A stretch of DNA of 64,000 nucleotides, from contig DASYZR010000153.1 in assembly GCA_035945995.1 (NCBI GenBank), forward strand, positions 22,330 through 86,329, written 5' to 3'. Position 1 is the first letter of the stretch. The number at the start of each line of letters is the position of its first letter. Positions 49,025-58,100 of this stretch are shown here, piece after piece. Under the pieces are notes generated by a model that was not told where the DNA came from, did no database searches, and saw only the letters and a program-made list of their open reading frames with translations. A program made the translations under genes and the position numbers. Source of the stretch: a bacterium (GTDB lineage Bacteria; Sysuimicrobiota; Sysuimicrobiia; Sysuimicrobiales; Segetimicrobiaceae).

Positions 49025-49942
49025 TCATCCAGTGTCCGAGGCCAACCAGACCCCGGCGAACGTGAACAACGCACCCAACGCCTGCAGCGTGCTGAGGGAC
49101 TCGCGGAGCAGAAGCGCCGCGATCACGACCGCCGAGACCGGCTCGAGGTAGACGTAGACCATGGTCTCCCGCGGTCCCAACCGGTGGAGCGACCGGCCCC
49201 ACAACGCCATCGCCACGACCATCCCCGCCGTGGCGCCGTATACGAGTCCCGCCCACGCCCCCCACGACACGGTCCCCCAGGCGTGCCGCGCCATTTCGGG
49301 GACGGCGAGCGGCGCGAACACCAGCATGGCGATTCCCATCGCCCATCCGGTCGCCTGCCAGGTGCCGGCGGCGTCCACCACCTGACCGACGGCGAGACTG
49401 TACCAGACCCACGCGGCGGCCGCGCCGAGAGCGAGCACGTCACCCGCCGCACGGGATAGGTCGAACCCGCCCGACGCCCCCCGCACGATGAGCGCGACGC
49501 CCGCGAGTCCCAGCAGGAGTCCGGTCCATCGACGGCCGTCCGGCGTGTCGCCGCGGCGGAGCGCCAGCCACACCGCGGTCAGAATAGGCGAGGCCGCGAG
49601 CAGAATCGCGCTTTGGCCGGCCGTCGTCCACCGCAGGCTGCCGATGAGCAAGATCTGAAAGGTCGCCTGCGCGATCCCGGCCTTCGCGAGCGGCCACCAG
49701 AGGTCGCGGGGCATGGGGTGCCGCCGCGGCATCCAGACGGCGGCCAGGACGGCCGCGGCGAGCACGAGACGGAGAAACGTGAAGCTCAGCACCGGGATCT
49801 CCCGAAGCGCGAGCCGGGCGCCGGGGTAGATGCCGCCCCAGAGCACGACGGCCAGCAGCGGCTCGACGCGAACTCTGCGGCGGAGACCGCGGGCCGCCGT
49901 GTGCGAGACCGCCGCGCCGTCGGCGGCGTTCAGGAAACCCAC
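49025..49942 (-). CDS. EamA / DMT-superfamily transporter
   Basis: Two EamA-like repeats, about 10 TM helices (LWGGIYPGARLAL...). The start is uncertain, either the track M or an internal V. Confidence 0.7.
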   Translation of the reverse strand: MGFLNAADGAAVSHTAARGLRRRVRVEPLLAVVLWGGIYPGARLALREIPVLSFTFLRLVLAAAVLAAVWMPRRHPMPRDLWWPLAKAGIAQATFQILLIGSLRWTTAGQSAILLAASPILTAVWLALRRGDTPDGRRWTGLLLGLAGVALIVRGASGGFDLSRAAGDVLALGAAAAWVWYSLAVGQVVDAAGTWQATGWAMGIAMLVFAPLAVPEMARHAWGTVSWGAWAGLVYGATAGMVVAMALWGRSLHRLGPRETMVYVYLEPVSAVVIAALLLRESLSTLQALGALFTFAGVWLASDTG

Positions 49943-49995
49943 GAAGCGCCGTGTTCGACCGGCCGGCGGGGGAGCCCTCCGCCGAAGGGGCCGTG

Positions 49996-50010
49996 TTCTG
50001 TTTCACAGAA
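49996..50010. promoter_or_regulatory. Candidate operator: perfect palindrome TTCTGT-TTC-ACAGAA, with an extra TTCTGTGA half-site 7 nt downstream
   Basis: Seen directly in the divergent intergenic region between the DMT transporter and the LivK-like binding-protein gene. Confidence 0.4.
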
Positions 50011-50079
50011 TGAGCGTTCTGTGATGCGCCGGCCGCGCGCCCGCGCGGCGGTCCACGGCGATCGAGCGAGGTGATGTGA

Positions 50080-51297
50080 GTGAGGATGCACAGGCGTGCC
50101 ACGGCACCAACCCGGCGGTGGACGGGCCCGGCCGCGCTCACCACGGCCGCCGTGCTGCTGCTCGTCCTGGCCGCCTCCGGCGCCGCTCCCTCGGGCCCGC
50201 CCTACGTGATCAACGCCATCATGCCGCTGACCGGCGGCGGGGCGTTCCTCGGGCAGCCCGAGAGCCAGGCGCTGCAGATCGTGGAACGCCTCACCAACGA
50301 GAAGGGCGGCATCCGCGGGCGCCCGATCCACTTCGTCTTCCACGACGATCAAACGAGCCCGCAGGTCGGCGTCCAGCTCGCCGGCCAGATCATCGCCGGG
50401 CGGGTCCCGGTGATCGTGGGATCCTCGCTCGTCGCGATCTGCGCCGCGATGGCGCCGCTGATGAAGGACGGGCCGGTGGAGTACTGCCTCTCGCCCGGCA
50501 TCCATCCGGCCGACGGCAGCTACGTCTTCACCGCCAGCGTCTCGACCAAGGACCTGGCCGGCGCCCTGATTCGCTATTTCAAGGGCAAAGGATGGACGCA
50601 CATCGCCGTGCTGACGTCGACGGACGCGACCGGGCAGGACGCCGAACGCAACATCAACGAGACCGTGGCCCTGCCGCAGTATCAGGGCGTCGTCCAGGTG
50701 GTCGCCCGCGAGCACTTCAACCCGCAGGACGTCAGCGTCGCGGCGCAGATCGCGCGCATCGCCGCGGCCAAGCCGCAGGCGCTCATCGCCTGGAGCACGG
50801 GCGCGCCGATCGGCACGGTGTTCAAGGGCATCGCCCAGAACGGACTCAGCGTCCCCGTGGCGACGACGAACGGCAACCAGACCTACGGCCAGATGAAGCA
50901 GTACGCGTCGTTCCTGCCCCCGGACCTGTACTTTCCGACGAGCGCCTGGCCCGCGTACCAGTCGCTGCCGGCCGGGCGCGTGAAGATGGCGCAGAAGCTG
51001 TTCTACGACGCGTTTGGGGCCGCCAATGCCAAGCCGGATCTCGGCGCGTCGATCGCCTGGGATCCGGGCCAGCTTGTGGTGGACGCCCTGCGCCACCTCG
51101 GCACCGAGGCGACCGCGACGCAAATTCGAGACTACCTCGTCCATCTGCGGGGCTTCGCCGGCATCAACGGCATCTACGACTTCAAGACGAGCCCGCAGCG
51201 AGGGCTGAACCTGGATGACGCGATCGTCACGCGCTGGGACCCCGCCAAACAGGCGTGGGACCCCGTGAGCAAGTTCGGCGGAGAACCCGTGCCGTAG
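50080..51297 (+). CDS. Leu/Ile/Val-binding-family substrate-binding protein with signal peptide; orphan (no cognate permease or ATPase adjacent)
   Basis: Signal peptide AALTTAAVLLLVLAASGAAP; periplasmic-binding-protein type I fold motifs (IMPLTGGGAFLG). Confidence 0.75.
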   Translation: MRMHRRATAPTRRWTGPAALTTAAVLLLVLAASGAAPSGPPYVINAIMPLTGGGAFLGQPESQALQIVERLTNEKGGIRGRPIHFVFHDDQTSPQVGVQLAGQIIAGRVPVIVGSSLVAICAAMAPLMKDGPVEYCLSPGIHPADGSYVFTASVSTKDLAGALIRYFKGKGWTHIAVLTSTDATGQDAERNINETVALPQYQGVVQVVAREHFNPQDVSVAAQIARIAAAKPQALIAWSTGAPIGTVFKGIAQNGLSVPVATTNGNQTYGQMKQYASFLPPDLYFPTSAWPAYQSLPAGRVKMAQKLFYDAFGAANAKPDLGASIAWDPGQLVVDALRHLGTEATATQIRDYLVHLRGFAGINGIYDFKTSPQRGLNLDDAIVTRWDPAKQAWDPVSKFGGEPVP

Positions 51298-51343
51298 TAG
51301 GACCGGCGCGGCGGGGCGGCGTCACGTTGGAGCGCGGGGCTCG

Positions 51344-52339
51344 ATGACGGAGGCCCTCCATCTGGCGGTCGCGTGCGGCGACTACGACCGGACGCGCCCA
51401 CTCTTCGACGGCCGGATGCGCATCGAAGGGTGCGATCCCGTCTTTCTCGCGCTCGCGCCCGAAGAGATCTTCTTTCGCGCCTTCGTGCACGAGGAATTCG
51501 ACGTCGCCGAACTGTCGCTCAGCAGCTACACGATCCGGCGGTCGCGCGGCGACTGCCCGTACGTCGCCATCCCGGCGTTCCTCTCCCGCTCGTTCCGCCA
51601 TTCCGCGTTGTACGTCCGCACCGACCGGGGCATCGAACAGCCCCTGGACCTGCGGGGACGCCGCGTCGGAGTGCCGGAGTACCAGATGTCGGCCGCCGTC
51701 TGGGTCCGCGGTCTGTTGCAAGATGAGTACGGTGTCGCGCCCGGCGACCTTCGATGGGTGACCGGCGGCATGGAGACGCCGGGCCGGATCGAAAAGATTC
51801 GCTTTGCGCCGCCCGCCGGAGTCTCGCTCGCGGCGGCGCCTCCCGAGGCAACGCTCTCCGGCATGCTCGAGGACGGAGCGATCGACGCGCTCATCGCGCC
51901 CCGGACGCCGTCCTGTTTCGTCCGCGGCGCGGCGGCGGTCGGCCGGCTGTTTGCGAATTTCGGGCGTGACGAGGAAGACTACTACCGGCGCACCGGCATC
52001 TTCCCGATCATGCACCTCGCCGGTGTCCGGACCCGCCTCGCCGAGCGCCATCCGTGGCTGCCGGCCAGCGTCTACAAGGCGTTCGTCACGGCCAAGGACC
52101 TCGCCGTTTCGGCGCTCGACGACGCGAACGCGCTGGCGACCAGCCTGCCGTTTCAACTGTGGCACGCCGAGCAGGCCCGGGGCCTCATGGGCGCGGATTT
52201 CTGGCCCTACGGTCTCGCGGCGAACCAAGAGACGCTCGAGGTGTTTCTCCGGTACCATTTCGAGCAGGGGCTCTCGGCGCGCCGGCTCGCCCCGGCCGAG
52301 TTGTTCGCGCCGAGCACCACGTCGCAATGGAAGATCTGA
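51344..52339 (+). CDS. 4,5-dihydroxyphthalate-decarboxylase-like (PhtD / NMT1-THI5-like periplasmic-binding fold) protein
   Basis: 331 aa; MTEALHLAVACGDYDRTRPLFDG...VAIPAFLSRSFRHSALYV are typical of this family. Confidence 0.55.
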   Translation: MTEALHLAVACGDYDRTRPLFDGRMRIEGCDPVFLALAPEEIFFRAFVHEEFDVAELSLSSYTIRRSRGDCPYVAIPAFLSRSFRHSALYVRTDRGIEQPLDLRGRRVGVPEYQMSAAVWVRGLLQDEYGVAPGDLRWVTGGMETPGRIEKIRFAPPAGVSLAAAPPEATLSGMLEDGAIDALIAPRTPSCFVRGAAAVGRLFANFGRDEEDYYRRTGIFPIMHLAGVRTRLAERHPWLPASVYKAFVTAKDLAVSALDDANALATSLPFQLWHAEQARGLMGADFWPYGLAANQETLEVFLRYHFEQGLSARRLAPAELFAPSTTSQWKI

Positions 52340-52351
52340 TCACCGTCCACC

Positions 52352-53212
52352 TCAGCGGGCGTCCGAGAACAACCGGCGCGCGTTCTCGCGCAGGATCTTC
52401 GGCCGGACGGCGTCTTTCACCGTGAGCGCGGCGAAGTCCGACAGCCACCGCTCCGGCGTGAGAAAGGGCCAATCGGACCCGAAGAGGCACTTGTCCTGGA
52501 GCGGGCCGTTTAGCTGCTCGACGAGCTCCGCCGGAAAATACTTGGGCGACCACCCCGACAGGTCGATGTGCACGTTGGCCTTGTGGCGGGCGATCGCGAG
52601 TTGCTCCGCCTGCCAGGGCCAGCTCGGATGCGCGAGGATGATCTCGAGCGACGGGAAATCCGCGGCCACGTCGTCCACGAGCATCGGGTTCACATACTTG
52701 AGTTTGTAGCCGTCCCCGCCGGGCAGGCCGGCGCCGCTCCCCATCGTGCCGGAGTGAAAAAGACACACGAGGCCGAGATCGGCGGCGGCGCCCCAGAGCG
52801 GATAGAACCGCTCGTCGTTCGGCGCGAACTTCTGGAGGCCGGGGTGCAACTTGAGACCGCGGAGGCCGAGCACCTCGCGGGCCCGGCGCGCCTCGTCGAC
52901 GGCCAGCCGTCCCTTCCACGGATCGACGCCGGCAAACCCGATGAAGACGTCGGGATGGGCCCGCACGGCCGCCGCGATGTGATCGTTCGGGACGGGCGGC
53001 CGGCCGGACACCGTCGAAGTGTCCATCGCGAGCAGCACGGCCATCATCCGCCGGGCCCGGTACTGCTTCGCCAGGTCGTCCATCGAGACCGGCGCGATCT
53101 CGCGGCCGAAGTACCGCGCCATCGCCTCCAGCTCGCCGCCGAAGACGGGGCGTGCCTCCGGGCTCATCGGATGAACGTGCACGTCGATGGCGACGAGGTC
53201 GTCCGGTTTCAT
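52352..53212 (-). CDS. Amidohydrolase-2 family metal-dependent hydrolase / decarboxylase (ACMSD / LigI-like)
   Basis: IDVHVHP metal-binding HxH at the N-terminus; ...ILAHPSWPW...FGSDWPF at the C-terminus. Confidence 0.7.
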   Translation of the reverse strand: MKPDDLVAIDVHVHPMSPEARPVFGGELEAMARYFGREIAPVSMDDLAKQYRARRMMAVLLAMDTSTVSGRPPVPNDHIAAAVRAHPDVFIGFAGVDPWKGRLAVDEARRAREVLGLRGLKLHPGLQKFAPNDERFYPLWGAAADLGLVCLFHSGTMGSGAGLPGGDGYKLKYVNPMLVDDVAADFPSLEIILAHPSWPWQAEQLAIARHKANVHIDLSGWSPKYFPAELVEQLNGPLQDKCLFGSDWPFLTPERWLSDFAALTVKDAVRPKILRENARRLFSDAR

Positions 53213-53320
53213 GGGTGTCCTCCAGTGCGGTGAGGCTGAGTTTGGCAGAGCCCCGCCGTTTCCTTCAGGGGCCGCTGTTCGGCAGGAAAGCCGGCGCCCG
53301 GCGGCCGATCAACCGGTACG

Positions 53321-54163
53321 ATGCGGACGACCGCCGAGAAGCGCAGCGTGTTTCGCCGGCTCCACGAATCCGGGTGTTTTGTGATTCCCAATCCGTGGGA
53401 TGTCGGGACGACGCGGTACCTTGAGTCCGTGGGATTCCAGGCGCTCGCGACGACGAGCTCCGGCGCGGCGTTCTCGATGGGTCTCCCCGACGCCGACTGG
53501 GCGCTCACGCGCGATCCGATGCTCGCCCACATCCGCACCATCGTCGAGGCGTCCGATCTCCCGGTGAATGCCGATTTCGAGTCCGGGTACGCGGACGACC
53601 CGGCCGGCGTCGCTGAGAACGTGCGGCTGTGCGTCGACACCGGCGTTGCCGGCCTGTCGATCGAAGACTCCACCGACGATGCGGCGAGGCCGCTCTATGA
53701 GTTCGACCTCGCCGTCGCCCGCGTCCGCGCGGCACGGACCGCCATCGATCGGGCGGGCGGAGACGTGCTGCTCGTCGGCCGGACGGAAGGCTTCATCGCC
53801 GGCGTGCCCGACCTCGCCGAGGCGATCCGGCGGCTGCGGGCCTACGCCGCGGCCGGCGCCGACTGTCTCTACGCCCCGGGGATCAAGACGCGCGAGGAGA
53901 TCGCGGCGGTCGTCGACGCGGTGGCGCCGAAGCCGGTGAACCTGTTGATCGGCGGCGCCATCGGACTGACGGTCAAGGATGCGGCCGGCCTTGGAGTACG
54001 CCGGATCAGCGTCGGCGGCGCGCTCGCGCGTGCGGCGTGGGGCGGGTTCATGCGCGCGGCGCGGGATCTCGCCGCCGGCCGGTTCGACGCCTTCGCCGAC
54101 GCCGCGTCCGGGGCCGACTTGAACCGCCTGTTTGCCCAGGACGTGAAGCGGCGATCCGGATGA
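53321..54163 (+). CDS. Isocitrate lyase / PEP mutase superfamily protein (carboxyvinyl-carboxyphosphonate phosphorylmutase / oxaloacetate decarboxylase-like)
   Basis: FVIPNPWDVGTTRYLESVGFQALATTSSG...GLSIED... are ICL/PEPM signatures; 280 aa. Confidence 0.7.
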   Translation: MRTTAEKRSVFRRLHESGCFVIPNPWDVGTTRYLESVGFQALATTSSGAAFSMGLPDADWALTRDPMLAHIRTIVEASDLPVNADFESGYADDPAGVAENVRLCVDTGVAGLSIEDSTDDAARPLYEFDLAVARVRAARTAIDRAGGDVLLVGRTEGFIAGVPDLAEAIRRLRAYAAAGADCLYAPGIKTREEIAAVVDAVAPKPVNLLIGGAIGLTVKDAAGLGVRRISVGGALARAAWGGFMRAARDLAAGRFDAFADAASGADLNRLFAQDVKRRSG

Positions 54164-54178
54164 CCGCGAGGGGATCCC

Positions 54179-54721
54179 ATGACGCAACGCACAGACGACG
54201 CGGGTGGATCGATGGCCATCCGGTACACGCGCCTGGCCACTCCGATCGGCGGGCTCCTGGTCGTGGAGGCGGACGACGGGCTGCGGGCCGTGTGGTTCAA
54301 GGACGGACGCAGGCGGCGTCCGGTGGATCCGGCCTGGCGCCCGGTTGCCCCCGACGCGATTGAGGCCGCCCGGCAGCTCGCCGCGTATTTCGCCGGGACG
54401 CGGCGGACGTTCGATCTCCGGCTCGCTCCGCTCGGCACGCCGTTCCAGCGGCGCGTGTGGGCCGCCATTGCTGCGATCCCCTACGGCCGGACCAGCTCCT
54501 ACGGCGCCATCGCGGCCGAGATCGGCGCCCCGGCCGCCGTCCGGGCGGTGGGCGCGGCGAACGGCCAAAACCCGTGGCCGATCGTCGTCCCGTGCCACCG
54601 GGTGATCGGCAGCAACGGGTCGCTGACGGGCTACGGCGGCGGGCTCCCGATCAAGCGCGCCCTCCTCGACTTCGAACGCGGCCCCCTGCCCCTCTTCGCC
54701 GCCGCCGAGGGTCTCGCATGA
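54179..54721 (+). CDS. ogt: Methylated-DNA--protein-cysteine methyltransferase (Ogt/MGMT)
   Basis: [13 protein letters not shown]...VPCHRVIG (PCHR active site). The start may instead be the ATG at 54212. Confidence 0.8.
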   Translation: MTQRTDDAGGSMAIRYTRLATPIGGLLVVEADDGLRAVWFKDGRRRRPVDPAWRPVAPDAIEAARQLAAYFAGTRRTFDLRLAPLGTPFQRRVWAAIAAIPYGRTSSYGAIAAEIGAPAAVRAVGAANGQNPWPIVVPCHRVIGSNGSLTGYGGGLPIKRALLDFERGPLPLFAAAEGLA

Positions 54722-55083
54722 CGTACCGGCCGATCAACTTCCGGCAGAAGTTCGGCCTCTTCACCGAGCAGTGGCAGCCGAAAGTCATCGCCGAAATGAA
54801 CGACTACCAATTCAAGGTCGTGAAGCTGCAAGGCGACTTCGTCTGGCACGACCATACGGAAACCGACGAGGCGTTCCTCGTGATCGATGGAAATCTCAGG
54901 ATCGATGTTCGCGACGGCGCTGTTCATCTGTCGGCGGGAGAGATGTTCGTCGTGCCGAGAGGCGTCGAGCACAAGCCGTACGCGGAGAACGAGGTCATGG
55001 TTCTGCTGATCGAGCCGCGCGGGGTCGCGAACACCGGACGCGAAGGCGGCGAACGCACCGCCCCGAACGACGCCTGGATTTGA
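54718..55083 (+). CDS. Small cupin-domain protein
   Basis: 121 aa; [21 protein letters not shown]...[12 protein letters not shown] is a cupin motif pair. ATGA overlap with ogt. Confidence 0.6.
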   Translation: MTYRPINFRQKFGLFTEQWQPKVIAEMNDYQFKVVKLQGDFVWHDHTETDEAFLVIDGNLRIDVRDGAVHLSAGEMFVVPRGVEHKPYAENEVMVLLIEPRGVANTGREGGERTAPNDAWI

Positions 55084-55116
55084 CCGCTGGCCCGGCTAGT
55101 TTAAGCGCGGATGCCC

Positions 55117-58100
55117 TCAGGATGCGAGAACTTGTTTCGCCCGTTCAATGAACACCGCGGCGTACTTCAAGGCGACTCCAGCGTCCTTCAGCACCCGTCC
55201 CACCTGCTCTGCGGTGGCTGCAGCCAGTCTTTCGACTGAATCAATCCCCGCAGCCGCCAGGAGGGCGCGTCTCCTCGGACCGAGACCGCTGATAGAGGCG
55301 AGTGATTCGCCCTTGGCGATGGGCGGTTGAGGCGTGGAGGCCGAGGGTCCCTCCGCCGGGTCATCGTCCGGGGCAAATGGGTTGGCCACTCCGGGCCGGC
55401 GGCTGGCGGTCGTCCTCAGAATTTCGCGCGCTCTTTCGATGAACACGGCGGCATTCTTAGGCGACACGCCCGTGAGCGCCTGCGCCACCTTCGCCGGGCT
55501 CGACGCCGCCAACTCTGCGACCGACGTGATGCCGGCTTTTGTCAGTTGGCGCATGCGTCCTTTGCCGATACCGAGGATCGCCGCAAGGGAAGGGATGACG
55601 ACCGCCTCCGGACGCTCGGGGGTCGCCCCGGGCACCCGCGTGGCGATGGGAAGCCTCCGCACCGCCACGGAGGGGGCGCCCGCAGCTACCACCCCACCGC
55701 CCCGCACCATTTCGGCCCCGCAGTTCGCGCATCGCCCCTGTACGGCCGGCCGGCCTGCCGCGGTGACCGCGGCGGCGGCTTGGGTCAGCGTTTGCTCGTT
55801 CTGACAGCATGGGCAGAAACATGAGTCGCCCACCGGCTCGCCAGGCCTGCGGCCCGGCGGCGTGGGTGTACAAAGGCCCTTCGAGGCAAGAATCCGCCCG
55901 CCGGACACTTCGTCATAGACCACCCGCGCCTCGGTCACGCGGAGTTCACCGGGCGCCTGCGCAACGAACGACAACGGAATTGAAGGCGAGTCCTGAGCCT
56001 GAAACGAGATCTCATTGACCATGAGGGCCGTTCCAGCCGGTAGGACGACGTGAACTCCCGCCTGCGCCGTTCCATCCGGCGTCACCCCGCTGGCCGCGTG
56101 TTCGTCAAAGTTCTCGGGAGCAACCGGGAGGTTTAGCGGTGCTCCAATTTCTGAGCCGTCCGCGGCAAGCCAGTGAAGGTCGATGCTCGGATGGTTCTCG
56201 GCTGAAATCAGGGGTACGGCCCGTCCTTCGAACCGCAAGACAAAGGCCTTGCCGGGAACCACGTTGACAACCTGCGCCAGTTCGGCGCTCGCGCCGGCAG
56301 GGTTCTTGATCACTCTGGCGCCGGCCGAGGCTGTGACCACGATCTGGGAAGAGGCCTGCGCCGGCGGGGTCCATTGCGCAAAGCCGCCGTGTTCATCAAG
56401 GATCTGTAGGTCGCCGTTTGCCAGGCTCTCCGAGGTTGCCGTTAGGGAGGCGTTGGCAATCCCGGCGATGACGCCCGGCGGAGCGCTGAAGCGCACTTCG
56501 GCTTGCGCGGCGCCGGGGGGCGCACTAAGCTGAGCGCGATGAAGAACGAGACGCTGTTGGCGTTCGGACTGCCGGACGGCCTGGATGGGCACCTGGTCCG
56601 TTCGAGTCGCCTCGCAATCCTGTCCCAGCCAGAACACCTCGGCGACGGCGCCTGTCTCCATGGCCAGTCCCCGGAAGCTAATCGTGTAGTTGCATGAGGC
56701 GGCGATCGGAATCACCTGCGAAAGCGCGGTCGCGGCTACATTGGCTTCAAAGTCCTGACGCGTGCGATGGCCGAACACCACCGCCAGACCCGGCGGGGGA
56801 AGCTCGGGCAGACAGACTGGGAGAACCTGCCCGGAGGTCAAGAACCACTCTGCCGGCACGCGAACACCGATTGGGATGAACGCTACTTGGGGAGCGTCAT
56901 GGGCGGCGATGCCCGCAATCTCGGCGGTTGCGGCTGCGGGTATGACGTATACCCGATCACCCTGGGGTGTGATCGCGATCGCCGAGGGAGCAACCGTCAA
57001 TGGTTTGGGAGTACCCGAGACGGCGCGGCGGTCCAGATCGACGACCGTAACCGCGTTCGCCGTTCCGGAGGCCATCTGACCGGTCGCTACGAAGGCCCGC
57101 CGTCCGTCCGGCGAGACGGCAACGCCCGCCGGTTGCCCCCCAAGCTTGATCGTCGATCCCTGGCGGCTTGCCGTCTCGACGACGCTAAGGGTGTTGTCGG
57201 CGGTGTTGCCGACGATCGCCAAGCTTCCGTCCGGCGTCAGGGCAATTGCCGCCGGGGTCGCTCCTACCGCAATGTCGACATGCTGCCGCGTGGCGGTATC
57301 CACCGCGGCCACGCTGTTGCGCCCAGGCACGGTCGCGTAAAGGCGGCTCCCGTCGTGGGTCACCGCGATTGCCCTCGCCGGCGAGCCGACGTCTACTATC
57401 ACGACGTCTGCGGGAGCCAGCGTCGCCTGGCCAACCACGGCCTGCTCGAGCCTCGTCGTGTCAAGGCCGACGATCGTGGAGCCGACGGTCGTCGCGTACA
57501 GCCGGCTGCCATCCGGGCTGAGCGCGAGACCCGTCCCGAAGCCTCCGCCGGTAGAATCTATCTTCAAGGCGTCGATCGCGCTCCAGGGCAGCACACCTAG
57601 TTCGGCCCGGGTTGTCGCATCGATGACATCGAGATTGGTATGCCCGAGGACGTACGCCCGGCTGCCGTCGGGATGGACCGCAACGGCCTGGGGAGTGTCG
57701 TGCTTTTCCTGCAGGTTCTTGAGTTGTACTGAGATCTTGAATTCATCACAGATGACGTCGACGATGCTGAGCAGCGGAAGTGTCTCATCGAGAATACCCG
57801 GCACATAGACCCACCGGCCGTCGGGCGCCGCGGCCACCGCGACCGGACTTGCGGCCAAGCGAATAAAGCCGGCATCCCCCGGCTCGTTGCCGACCACGTT
57901 CCACTGCCCAAAATCTCCGTTGGCGAGCTGCTCACCCTCCGGGCATGCGGCCGGGAGCGCCGCCGACGAATACCGATTGAAAGCGCCGGCTAGATCGGAA
58001 GAGTCGATCGCGAAATCCACGCGGCCGAGCGGCTGGTAGCGGTCGAGCTTGACGCGCACGGCCTGACTGCCGGCGCCTACCTCGAGCTCGACCGGCACCT

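Noticed and set aside
54179-55083. ogt-cupin coupling as a possible novel DNA-repair module
   Set aside because: The ATGA overlap is common for unrelated neighbours in this compact genome. The cupin has no DNA-related motifs. The link is too weak to report as a finding.
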